A stretch of 59,177 nucleotides of DNA, the filler included. It is 3 parts of 3 records of this genome, joined end to end, with 100 filler letters (N's around TTAATTAATTAA, not from the genome) between each part and the next. Parts side by side here need not be neighbours in the genome. Positions count along the whole stretch, not along the records: positions 1 to 30,656 come from SRR31156797_10030; positions 30,757 to 40,620 come from SRR31156797_10035; 1 more part is not named here. One strand, given 5' to 3'. How positions within the stretch are numbered: the first letter of the stretch is position 1; each line of letters opens with the position of its first letter. A program made the position numbers and the translations under genes. This document shows, in pieces, positions 28,382 to 37,412 of this stretch. The notes under the pieces were generated by a model that saw only the letters and a program-made list of their open reading frames with translations, searched no databases and was not told the DNA's origin.

Positions 28382-29959
28382 ATGACAAATAACCAGCAAC
28401 AACAGCGAAAAGAATTACACCGCCGAATTTGGCAAATTGCAAATGATGTTCGTGGCTCAGTTGATGGCTGGGATTTTAAACAGTATGTATTGGGAACTCT
28501 TTTTTATAGATTTATTAGTGAGAACTTTACTGAGTATATTGAGGGCGGCGATAAGAGTGTCGACTATGCTTCATTTGATGATGAAGATGAGAGAATCGCA
28601 CTTATAAAAGATGATGCTATAAAGACAAAGGGGTACTTTATATATCCTAGTCAGTTGTTTGTAAATGTTCTTAAAAAAGCAAAGACGAATCCAGATTTAA
28701 ATACAGATTTGAGAAAAATATTTTCAGATATTGAAAACTCTGCAAATGGGTATGCTTCTGAATCAGATATCAAAGGTTTATTTGCTGATTTTGATACTAC
28801 AAGTAATCGTCTAGGAAATACTGTAGCAGATAAAAACAAAAGGCTTTATGATGTTTTAAAAGGCGTAGATAATCTAAAGCTTGATGAGTTTAAAGATAGT
28901 GAGATAGATATATTTGGTGATGCCTATGAGTATCTTATCTCAAACTATGCAGCAAATGCAGGGAAATCGGGTGGGGAGTTTTTTACTCCTCAAAGTGTTT
29001 CTAAGCTTTTAGCAAAACTTGTTATACATGACCAAGAAAAAATAAACAAAATTTACGACCCTGCTTGTGGTTCTGGTTCACTTTTGCTACAAGCAAAAAG
29101 GCAGTTTGATAAGCATATCATAGAAGATGGTTTTTTTGGTCAAGAGCTAAATCACACCACTTTCAACCTTGCTCGTATGAATATGTTTTTACACAATATC
29201 AACTACGATAAGTTTGATATAGCCCTTGGAGATACTTTAACAAACCCACACTTTGGAGATGATAAACCCTTTGATGCTATCGTATCAAACCCTCCATACT
29301 CTGTAAAATGGAAAGGTAGTGATGACCCAACTCTTATAAACGATGATAGATATGCACCTGCTGGAGTACTAGCACCAAAGTCTAAAGCAGACTTTGCTTT
29401 TATATTGCATACTTTAAGTTATCTATCTAGTCGTGGTCGTGCTGCTATTGTGTGTTTTCCTGGTATTTTTTATAGGGGTGGAGCTGAACAAAAGATAAGG
29501 AAGTATTTAGTAGATGGCGACTATGTGCAAAGTGTGATCTCTCTTGCTCCAAATCTATTTTTTGGTACTTCTATCGCTGTAAATATCTTGGTACTTTCAA
29601 AAAAGCAAAAAGACAATGTCATGAAAACCCAATTTATAGATGCTAGTGGATTATTTAAAAAAGGGACAAATAACAACATACTTACAGATAGTGATGATTC
29701 AGCAAATTTAGGACATATTCAACAAATAGTAGAACTCTTTGATACAAAAGAAGATATTCCTTACTTAGTAAAATGGGTCGATCATAAAGAGATAGCTGAT
29801 AATGAGTATAATTTATCAGTAAGTTCTTATATAGAAGCTAAAGATACAAGAGAAGTGATAGATATTGATGAGCTAAATAAGCAGATAAAAACTACAGTAG
29901 AGAAGATAGAGAAGTTACGAAGTAGTATTGATGATATAGTTATGGAGATTGAGGCTTAG
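28382..29959 (+). CDS. hsdM: Type I restriction-modification methyltransferase subunit M
   Basis: [18 protein letters not shown] and VSNPPYS (m6A motif IV). Confidence 0.96.
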   Translation: MTNNQQQQRKELHRRIWQIANDVRGSVDGWDFKQYVLGTLFYRFISENFTEYIEGGDKSVDYASFDDEDERIALIKDDAIKTKGYFIYPSQLFVNVLKKAKTNPDLNTDLRKIFSDIENSANGYASESDIKGLFADFDTTSNRLGNTVADKNKRLYDVLKGVDNLKLDEFKDSEIDIFGDAYEYLISNYAANAGKSGGEFFTPQSVSKLLAKLVIHDQEKINKIYDPACGSGSLLLQAKRQFDKHIIEDGFFGQELNHTTFNLARMNMFLHNINYDKFDIALGDTLTNPHFGDDKPFDAIVSNPPYSVKWKGSDDPTLINDDRYAPAGVLAPKSKADFAFILHTLSYLSSRGRAAIVCFPGIFYRGGAEQKIRKYLVDGDYVQSVISLAPNLFFGTSIAVNILVLSKKQKDNVMKTQFIDASGLFKKGTNNNILTDSDDSANLGHIQQIVELFDTKEDIPYLVKWVDHKEIADNEYNLSVSSYIEAKDTREVIDIDELNKQIKTTVEKIEKLRSSIDDIVMEIEA

Positions 29960-29961
29960 AT

Positions 29962-30567
29962 ATGGTATTGAAAAATAAGTTAAATATTACCAATCAAATA
30001 GAATTAGCAAAAGCTGAAGAGAAGATAAGTAAGCAAAAAGCAAAACAACTTTTTGACTCTAAAGACATCTCTAAAGTGCAGATTGGTACATTTGCTGGGC
30101 TTAGTTTTATACATAGATATCTATTTGATGATATATATGATTTTGCTGGAAAAGTGCGTGATGTAAATATCGCTAAAGGTGAGTTTCGTTTTGCGCCTTT
30201 GATGTACCTAGAACACTCTCTTAAACATATAGATACCATGCCACAAAATAGCTTCGATGAGATAATCGAAAAATATGTGGAGATGAATATAGCCCATCCT
30301 TTTAGAGAGGGCAATGGTCGTGCTACTCGCATCTGGCTTGATCTTATACTTAAAACCCAGATAAAAAAAGTGATTGACTGGAATCTTGTGGATAAAGAGG
30401 AGTATCTTAGTGCTATGAAAAGAAGTGTAGTGAAAGATATAGAGATAAAAGTTTTACTAAAAGAGGCTCTTACAGATAAGATCGATGATCGTGCTTTATT
30501 TATGAAAGGTATTGATGTGAGTTATTACTATGAGGGTTATAGTGAATTTAAGATAGAGGAGCTTTAA
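29962..30567 (+). CDS. fic: Fic-domain protein adenylyltransferase
   Basis: Canonical motif HPFREGNGRATR; C-terminal (G)IDVSYYYEG inhibitory helix of class III Fic proteins. Confidence 0.92.
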   Translation: MVLKNKLNITNQIELAKAEEKISKQKAKQLFDSKDISKVQIGTFAGLSFIHRYLFDDIYDFAGKVRDVNIAKGEFRFAPLMYLEHSLKHIDTMPQNSFDEIIEKYVEMNIAHPFREGNGRATRIWLDLILKTQIKKVIDWNLVDKEEYLSAMKRSVVKDIEIKVLLKEALTDKIDDRALFMKGIDVSYYYEGYSEFKIEEL

Positions 30568-30569
30568 TC

Positions 30570-30650
30570 GTGAGTGAAATAGGCTCTATTAAAAAACTAC
30601 TTAAAGGTGTGGAAGTTGAGTGGAAGCTAGCTCAATCCACTAAAAACTAA
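30570..30650 (+). pseudogene. hsdS: Truncated hsdS 5' end
   Basis: GTG start; SEIGSIKKLLKGVEVEWKL is a typical HsdS N-terminus, followed by a stop after 26 codons and before the contig end. Confidence 0.7.
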
Positions 30651-30656
30651 ATTTTA

Positions 30657-30756
30657 NNNNNNNNNNNNNNNNNNNNNNNNNNNNNNNNNNNNNNNNNNNN
30701 TTAATTAATTAANNNNNNNNNNNNNNNNNNNNNNNNNNNNNNNNNNNNNNNNNNNN
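30657..30756. other. Artificial contig linker
   Basis: N44-TTAATTAATTAA-N44, with stops in all six frames. Confidence 0.98.
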
Positions 30757-30757
30757 T

Positions 30758-30823
30758 GCTACAGAGATGGTGAAAAAGAAAAATATTATTAGTAATCTAA
30801 TTCAAGCAAGGAACAATAAATGA
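30758..30823 (+). CDS. hoxU: 3' end of the diaphorase Fe-S subunit (partial)
   Basis: ATEMVKKKNIISNLIQARNNK* overlapping the hoxY ATG; position and sequence fit a HoxU C-terminus. Confidence 0.55.
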   Translation, partial: ATEMVKKKNIISNLIQARNNK

Positions 30824-31356
30824 GTAAAGCAAGAGTAGCAACGATTTGGCTTGATGGATGTTCTGGGTGCCATATGTCATTTTTAGATATGGATGAAAGA
30901 CTTGTGGAACTCTCAGAGTATATGGATGTAGTATTTAGTCCATATGTTGATGCAAAAGAGATACCTGAAGATATTGATCTTTTTATTGTTGAGGGTGCTT
31001 TAAGTACAGATCATGATATTAAAATCATTAAAGAGATAAGAAAAAAATCTAAAAAGATACTTGCTCTTGGAGACTGTGCCATTACTGGAAATATCTCAGC
31101 GATGAAAAACCTTGCAGGGACTGAAGCGGTACTAGAAAAAGGGTATTTTGATCTAGCAGATTTTAATAAAGGAAAATATCCCAATAAAGTAGTTCCAAAG
31201 CTTTTAGATAAAGTGATACCTTTAAATGAAGCGATCGATGTGGATTATTTTGTACCAGGATGCCCAACTCCTGCAGATGCGATCTATGAAGTGGTTAAAG
31301 GTGTATTATTAGATAAAGAAGTAGATATTAGCTCATTAACAAGGTTTGGTAAATAG
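30820..31356 (+). CDS. hoxY: Bidirectional NAD-linked [NiFe]-hydrogenase small subunit (group 3d)
   Basis: WLDGCSGCHMSFLDMDE, ALGDCA and PGCPTP; 178 aa. Confidence 0.92.
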   Translation: MSKARVATIWLDGCSGCHMSFLDMDERLVELSEYMDVVFSPYVDAKEIPEDIDLFIVEGALSTDHDIKIIKEIRKKSKKILALGDCAITGNISAMKNLAGTEAVLEKGYFDLADFNKGKYPNKVVPKLLDKVIPLNEAIDVDYFVPGCPTPADAIYEVVKGVLLDKEVDISSLTRFGK

Positions 31357-31357
31357 T

Positions 31358-32788
31358 ATGGAAAAGAAAAAAATTATAATTGATCCTGTCACAAGAATAG
31401 AAGGGCATGCAAAAATAACAGTTGATCTAAATGAAAACGGAAAAGTTGATGATGCACGAATCCATGTAACACAATATAGAGGATTTGAAAAGATGTGTGA
31501 GGGGCGACCTTATACGGAGATGCCCGCTTTGACTGCTAGAACATGTGGAATTTGTCCTGTAAGTCATGTGATCTCTTCAACACAAGCGTGTGATAATATC
31601 TTAGCAGTAAGACCTCCAAAGGCAGCAAGAAACCTTCGACGGATCATCAACTTAGCACAGATCATCCAATCTCATGCTTTAAACTTTTACCATTTAAGTT
31701 CTCCAGATTTTGTTTATGGTTTTGATGCTTCAAAAGAGGATAGAAATATCTTTAAACTAATGCAGACTCATCCAGATATGGCTAAAGATGGGATTCGACT
31801 CAGAGCTTTTGGACAAAAGATCATTGAAGAACTCGGTGGGAAAAGAATCCACCCAGAATGGATCGTGCCAGGAGGCGTAAGTCATAAGATCACAACAGAA
31901 CAAAGAGATAAGATCTTAGCACAAATCCCTGAAGCGATGGATATAGCAAAAAGAACAGTAAAGTATTTTAAAAACAATTTACATAAATTTGAAAAAGAGA
32001 TCAACTCTTTTGCTTCTTTCCCATCTTTGTTTATGGGATTAGTAAATAAAAAAGGAAACTTAGAACATTACGATGGATATCTACGATTTGTTGATGCAAA
32101 TGGAACTATCTTAGAAAATGGAATAGAGCCTAGGTTTTATAAAGATTATATTGGTGAAGCGGTTGAAGAGGATAGTTATCTAAAGTCGCCATACTATAAA
32201 CCTATGGGATATCCTGAGGGGATGTATAGAGTAGGTCCTTTAGCTCGTATGAATATTATCAATAGATGTGGTACTCCTGAAGCTGATGCAGAGTTTGATA
32301 ACTTTAAAAATATCAACAATGGAAAACCAGTACTGAATTCATTTTATTATCACTATGCGCGGCTTATTGAGATCATCTATGGAATTGAGAGAATCGAAGC
32401 GATGCTACGAGATCCAAAAACTATGACTGATAATATTCGTTCACACGCAAATATCAATAGAAATAAAGGGGTAGGGTGTTCAGAAGCTCCAAGAGGGACA
32501 CTTTTCCATGATTATGAAGTAAGTGATAGTGGTGTGATCACAGGAGTGAATCTTATTATTGCTACAGGAAATAATAATCTAGCAATGAATGCAGGGGTAA
32601 AACAAGTAGCTCAAACCTTTGTTGATGGTTCAAACATAACTGATGGAGCTTTAAATAGAGTAGAAGCAGTTATTAGATGTTTTGATCCATGTCTTAGTTG
32701 TTCAACTCACGCTTTAGGGGTTGTCTCTTCACGTATTGAGATTAGAGATCACAATAAAAAAGTTCTGGATATTATAGATAGAAGTTAA
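31358..32788 (+). CDS. hoxH: Bidirectional [NiFe]-hydrogenase large subunit (group 3d)
   Basis: DPVTRIEGH, L1 RTCGICPVSH, L2 DPCLSCSTH with a 25-aa cleavable extension. Confidence 0.95.
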   Translation: MEKKKIIIDPVTRIEGHAKITVDLNENGKVDDARIHVTQYRGFEKMCEGRPYTEMPALTARTCGICPVSHVISSTQACDNILAVRPPKAARNLRRIINLAQIIQSHALNFYHLSSPDFVYGFDASKEDRNIFKLMQTHPDMAKDGIRLRAFGQKIIEELGGKRIHPEWIVPGGVSHKITTEQRDKILAQIPEAMDIAKRTVKYFKNNLHKFEKEINSFASFPSLFMGLVNKKGNLEHYDGYLRFVDANGTILENGIEPRFYKDYIGEAVEEDSYLKSPYYKPMGYPEGMYRVGPLARMNIINRCGTPEADAEFDNFKNINNGKPVLNSFYYHYARLIEIIYGIERIEAMLRDPKTMTDNIRSHANINRNKGVGCSEAPRGTLFHDYEVSDSGVITGVNLIIATGNNNLAMNAGVKQVAQTFVDGSNITDGALNRVEAVIRCFDPCLSCSTHALGVVSSRIEIRDHNKKVLDIIDRS

Positions 32789-33204
32789 TGCGTATCATTG
32801 TAGGGTATGGAAATAGTTTACGGGGTGAGGATGCTTTTGGAGTTGATATTATACAAGCTCTTCAAAAGTACCCCCTAAAAGATACTTTGTTAATTGAAAC
32901 TTTTCAATTAACACCTGAGCTTTGTTTGGAACTCAAAGATGCAGATGAACTCATCTTTGTCGATGCTGCATATAGTAAGTGTGATCATTATAAACTAGCT
33001 TGTCCTCTATCCCAAACATCTCTGAATACTCTTTCTCATCACATCTCACCACAGGTGATCATAGCTTTTTTAAATACTCTTTATAATGTTTATCCAAATT
33101 TTGAGATCTATTCTATGCTCACAAATAGTTTTGATGAGATAAAAGATTTGAAAAAATATCAAGATTGTATAGGGGTTGTTAGCAGTTTTTTCAAAAAATT
33201 ATAG
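32788..33204 (+). CDS. hoxW: Hydrogenase maturation endopeptidase (HoxW-like)
   Basis: GYGNSLRGEDAFG, QLTPEL, IFVDA and SHH. Confidence 0.8.
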   Translation: MRIIVGYGNSLRGEDAFGVDIIQALQKYPLKDTLLIETFQLTPELCLELKDADELIFVDAAYSKCDHYKLACPLSQTSLNTLSHHISPQVIIAFLNTLYNVYPNFEIYSMLTNSFDEIKDLKKYQDCIGVVSSFFKKL

Positions 33205-33243
33205 TAAAGTATATCTATCTGATATTAATTGCGGAGGTTTGAT

Positions 33244-35697
33244 ATGAGAGTAGTTATAGTAGGTGGTGGAATAGCCGCAACATATTTAGCAAATAATATT
33301 AAAAAACAAGATAATAGCATAGAGGTTTTAGTCCTAAGTGATGAAAAATATCCCCCGTATGATAGAATCCATCTTTGTCGTTTAGTAGATGATAAAGAAG
33401 ATGTAGAAGGAATCAAACTTCCCCTTGATCCAACTGTTCGTTTAGAGCTGAATCAAAAAATAGTCAATATTGATACAAAAGCTAAACAAGTATACTCTGA
33501 AACTTCAATGTTTAGTTATGATAAGCTTATTCTTGCTACAGGATCTATTCCAGTTTCTCTTTTTGATATCAATGGTCTTAAAAATGCTAGTGTTTTTAGA
33601 AGTGCTGATGATTGTAATATTATTAAAAATTGTTCAGGAGATAAGTGTTACACAGAAGTTGTGATCGTAGGAAGTGGACCGATTGGGCTTGAACTTCTTG
33701 AAACACTTAATGAAATAGAACGAGTCAAAAATATCACTTTATTAGTAAGAGGAAAACACCTTTATGATAAAACTTTATCAGTTGATTCTATTAAAACTAT
33801 TGAAGAGTGTTATTTAAAATCTGGGAAAATCAAGATATCTTATGAAGATCAGATCGTAGATAAAATAGTTGAAGATGGAGAGATCAAAAAACTGATTACT
33901 AAAAAATTGGAAATTGAGAATCCTTTTTTAGTTTTTGGAGTTGGTATTAAGCCAAATATTGGAGATTTTAGAGAGGTTCTTAGATGTGATAAAGGGATTT
34001 TAACAAATACTTTTATGCAAACAAGTGCTGAAGATGTGTATGCTGTCGGTGAGTGTGCACAAGTAGAAGATTTTGATTTTGTTGCAGGGCATGTAAAAGA
34101 GTGTACGATGCAAGCTGATGTGGCTATTGCACATCTTTTAGGTGAATCAAAAAAAGAGTTTGAACTTGAAGTTGCAGTTGATATGCTTAAAGCTGAAGAG
34201 TTTGATTTGATCGAAGTACGATCTCCAACATTTGACAATGAATTTGAAAAGGTTTTGATCACTTCGAAAAAAGATAATAGAATCGATGAATATTATCTAA
34301 AAGATGATAAGTTAGTGCGATTTATAGGGATCAACTCAAACGTAGATATCGGCTATGTTGAGACCTTGATCCAAGATGAAGATGAAGTAGATATCAACTA
34401 TCTTTACCAAAATAGACTCATAGGTGAACGAGGAAGGCTGATTTGTTCATGTGAACATATCTATCATCAAGATATCATCGATATAGTGGTTCAAAGTGGT
34501 ATTGGAAGTTTTGCGGAATTGAAAGATTTTAGTGAAGCTGGACGGGTATGTGGTCGTTGTAAGATCATGGTAGAAGATGTGATCAAAGAGGCTCAGCCTA
34601 TGATCGATCCAAATATGCCTAGAAAAACACCTGAACAGATTAAACGTGAACGTGAGATCGCAGAGGTTCAAAAAAGAATTGATAAGTTCAATAAACTACA
34701 TCCAAGAAATAATCTTACAACAGATAATCTTGAATCAGCAATGGAAAGCTTAGATATAGGAAAACATGAAGTAAATAGCTGGATCTCTATGGTTACGGCA
34801 AATATGCAGCTTCATCCAAGTTTTGAACAGGTTGTTGAAGGGGCTATTTGTAATCTTAATAAAGTCCCAATCATCTGGCTTGAACTTGCTGATTGTAGTG
34901 GGAACTCAGAAGCTTTTATAAAATCAACCAATCCAGCAGTTGAAGATCTTATCTTTGATTATGTGAGTTTAGATTATCATGAACTTATTATGACTGCAAG
35001 TGGAGATCAAAGTGAAACAATTTTAGAAGATATAATTACCAATCAAAAAGGGGAATATATCCTTTTAGTTGAGGGTGCAATTCCAATGGCAATGGATGGA
35101 AAGTATCTTCGAATAGGCCCTAAAGGGGAAACAGGACTAGAACTTTTACAAAAGTGTGCAAAAGATGCAGCACTTGTTATCTCTGTAGGAAGTTGTGCTC
35201 TTGATGGTGGTGTAGTTGCAGCTGAGCCTAACCCAACTGGAGCAGTTGGGGTAGCAGAAGCTTTAAATAGAGATGATATTATCAATCTTCCAGGATGTCC
35301 AGTCAATCCAACAAATATAGTGGGGACATTGTTATCGTATCTTATGTTTGAAGAATTACCACCACTAGATAAATATAATCGTCCTCTTTGGGCTTATGAA
35401 GGACGAGTTCATGATAACTGTGAAAGACGTGGTCACTATGAACTTGGTGAATTTGTAAAAGAGTGGGGTGATGCTGGAGCGAAAAAAGGGTATTGTCTAT
35501 TTGAGATGGGTTGTAAAGGACCATATGCAAATGTAAACTGCCCTACAATGAAATTCAATAAAGGTGTTAGTTGGCCAGTTCAAGCAGGGCACGGTTGTAT
35601 GGGATGTGTTGAGCCAAAATTCTTTGATAAGTATGCAACAGAGAGAAAGTTTGATGAAAAACAATTTGAAAAAGAGGAAGAGGGTGTAGAATCATGA
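33244..35697 (+). CDS. Fusion of a NirB-like FAD/NAD(P) oxidoreductase, a BFD [2Fe-2S] domain and a [NiFe]-hydrogenase small subunit
   Basis: GGAGG RBS; GGGIAA, PYDRIHL, LILATGS, GSGPIGLE and VYAVGEC; CSC...CGRC; WLELADCSGNSE, GSCA, LPGCP, HDNC...CLFEMGCKGP and NCP...WPVQAGHGCMGC, all in one continuous ORF. Confidence 0.9.
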   Translation: MRVVIVGGGIAATYLANNIKKQDNSIEVLVLSDEKYPPYDRIHLCRLVDDKEDVEGIKLPLDPTVRLELNQKIVNIDTKAKQVYSETSMFSYDKLILATGSIPVSLFDINGLKNASVFRSADDCNIIKNCSGDKCYTEVVIVGSGPIGLELLETLNEIERVKNITLLVRGKHLYDKTLSVDSIKTIEECYLKSGKIKISYEDQIVDKIVEDGEIKKLITKKLEIENPFLVFGVGIKPNIGDFREVLRCDKGILTNTFMQTSAEDVYAVGECAQVEDFDFVAGHVKECTMQADVAIAHLLGESKKEFELEVAVDMLKAEEFDLIEVRSPTFDNEFEKVLITSKKDNRIDEYYLKDDKLVRFIGINSNVDIGYVETLIQDEDEVDINYLYQNRLIGERGRLICSCEHIYHQDIIDIVVQSGIGSFAELKDFSEAGRVCGRCKIMVEDVIKEAQPMIDPNMPRKTPEQIKREREIAEVQKRIDKFNKLHPRNNLTTDNLESAMESLDIGKHEVNSWISMVTANMQLHPSFEQVVEGAICNLNKVPIIWLELADCSGNSEAFIKSTNPAVEDLIFDYVSLDYHELIMTASGDQSETILEDIITNQKGEYILLVEGAIPMAMDGKYLRIGPKGETGLELLQKCAKDAALVISVGSCALDGGVVAAEPNPTGAVGVAEALNRDDIINLPGCPVNPTNIVGTLLSYLMFEELPPLDKYNRPLWAYEGRVHDNCERRGHYELGEFVKEWGDAGAKKGYCLFEMGCKGPYANVNCPTMKFNKGVSWPVQAGHGCMGCVEPKFFDKYATERKFDEKQFEKEEEGVES

Positions 35698-37373
35698 GTT
35701 TAAAAAAAGTTGTAATCGATCCAATTACTAGAATTGAAGGGCACTTAAGAGCTGAAGTTGAAGTAGATGAAAACGGTATCGTACAAGAAGCTTATGTGAG
35801 TGGACAGCTTTTTCGTGGAATTGAGATCATCTTAAAAGATAGAGACCCTAGAGATGCGGGGCTTATGGCTGGAAGAATCTGTGGAGTGTGTACAAACTCA
35901 CATTTTCGTGGAGCGATCCATGCAGTAGAGGATGCCTATAAGATAGATGTTCCTAAAAATGCTGAGATCATAAGAGATCTTATGGCTATGGCACTTTTTA
36001 TCCAAGATCATGTGGTACATTTTTACCATCTTCATATGCTTGATTTTGTTGATGTGACAAGTGCTTTAAGTGCTGACCCTAAAAAGGCATCTAAAGAAGC
36101 CCATAAATACCATGATAAACCGTTTAGAAATTCACATTCACATTATGAAGAGGTATTGGCAAAACTTCAAAAATTTGTTAGTGCAGGGAAACTTGGACCA
36201 TTTTCAAATGGATATTGGGGGCATAGTGATTATAAACTTACACCTGAACAAAACCTGATTTTAGTATCTCATTATCTTGAAGCATTAAAGTTTCAAACAA
36301 ATATCTCAAAAGCAGTTGCAATCTTTGGTGGAAAAACTCCACATCCACAAAGTTTAGTAGTAGGCGGGGTGACAAGTGTTGCAGATATGCTTAATCCACA
36401 AAGATTAAATGACTATATTTTTATTTTAAAAGAGGCAAAAGAGTTTGTTGATCGGGCATATTTACCTGATATGAAGCTTTTAGCTATTGCTTATCGTGAT
36501 GAGATCAAATCTGGACTTGGTCGAGCAAATGGAAATTTTATGGCAGTTGGAGGCTATCCATTTGAGGGAGATCAACGACTTTTTTGTAATGGGATAGTTT
36601 ATAATCATGACTTTTCTAATATTGAAGAGTTTGATGCAACAAAAGTAACTGAAGAGGTAGATCGTGCTTGGTATGACAATGAAGATAAAGAAAAGCCTTT
36701 TTATACAGATCTTAATGAGGATGGAAGTTTAAAAACAGCTAAAAATGATGATAAATACTCATGGATAAAAGCTCCTAGATATGATGGAAAAACTATGGAG
36801 AGTGGCCCATTAGCTAGGGTACTTATTAGTTATAGTAAAAAGAATAAACTTATTCAGCCTTTTGTCGATGAGTTTTTACAAGAGACAGATCTAGAACTTC
36901 TGGATCTTTCAACTACAGTTGGAAGAAATTGTGCAAGAGCGATTGAAACAATTTATGTATGTGAATATATTTTTAAACTAGTAAGTCGACTCACTCAAAA
37001 TATTAAATACTATGATACTGATACTTGGGGAAGATATGATTTTAATTCACTTCCAACAGATACAAAAGGAAAAATGTTTCTTGAAGTTCCAAGAGGAGTA
37101 TTAGGACATTTTGTAAATATAAAAGATGCAAAGATCTCAAATTATAGTGTAATAGCTCCAACCACTTGGAATGCTACACCTAAAAATTATGATGGGATAA
37201 GAGGAGCATATGAAGAAGCTCTTGTAGGCATAAAAGTAGAAGATACTTCAAAACCTCTTGAAGTTTTAAAAGTACTTCACTCTTTTGATCCATGTTTGGC
37301 ATGTGCTGTACATATTGTTGATACAAAAGGGAAAGAGCTCAGCAGATATAAGATCAAGAGTTTAACTTTATAG
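35694..37373 (+). CDS. Group-1-type [NiFe]-hydrogenase large subunit
   Basis: DPITRIEGH, RDPRDA, L1 RICGVC, HVVHFYHLH, YSWIKAPR, L2 DPCLACAVH with a 19-aa extension; ATGA-coupled to the fusion gene. Confidence 0.93.
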   Translation: MSLKKVVIDPITRIEGHLRAEVEVDENGIVQEAYVSGQLFRGIEIILKDRDPRDAGLMAGRICGVCTNSHFRGAIHAVEDAYKIDVPKNAEIIRDLMAMALFIQDHVVHFYHLHMLDFVDVTSALSADPKKASKEAHKYHDKPFRNSHSHYEEVLAKLQKFVSAGKLGPFSNGYWGHSDYKLTPEQNLILVSHYLEALKFQTNISKAVAIFGGKTPHPQSLVVGGVTSVADMLNPQRLNDYIFILKEAKEFVDRAYLPDMKLLAIAYRDEIKSGLGRANGNFMAVGGYPFEGDQRLFCNGIVYNHDFSNIEEFDATKVTEEVDRAWYDNEDKEKPFYTDLNEDGSLKTAKNDDKYSWIKAPRYDGKTMESGPLARVLISYSKKNKLIQPFVDEFLQETDLELLDLSTTVGRNCARAIETIYVCEYIFKLVSRLTQNIKYYDTDTWGRYDFNSLPTDTKGKMFLEVPRGVLGHFVNIKDAKISNYSVIAPTTWNATPKNYDGIRGAYEEALVGIKVEDTSKPLEVLKVLHSFDPCLACAVHIVDTKGKELSRYKIKSLTL

Positions 37374-37391
37374 TTTAATTCTTGAATAGTT

Positions 37392-37411
37392 CTTGTATAT
37401 TCTTATACAAG
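37392..37411. terminator. Hairpin between convergent genes
   Basis: CTTGTATA-TTCT-TATACAAG. Confidence 0.5.
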
Positions 37412-37412
37412 C

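Noticed and set aside
30701-30712. TTAATTAATTAA palindrome inside N runs (also at 40665-40676)
   Set aside because: It is an identical 100-bp artificial scaffold linker with six-frame stops, not biological sequence.
23251-37373. Physical linkage of nif genes with the hydrogenase cluster (H2 recycling)
   Set aside because: They are on different contigs separated by an artificial linker, so adjacency is not evidence.
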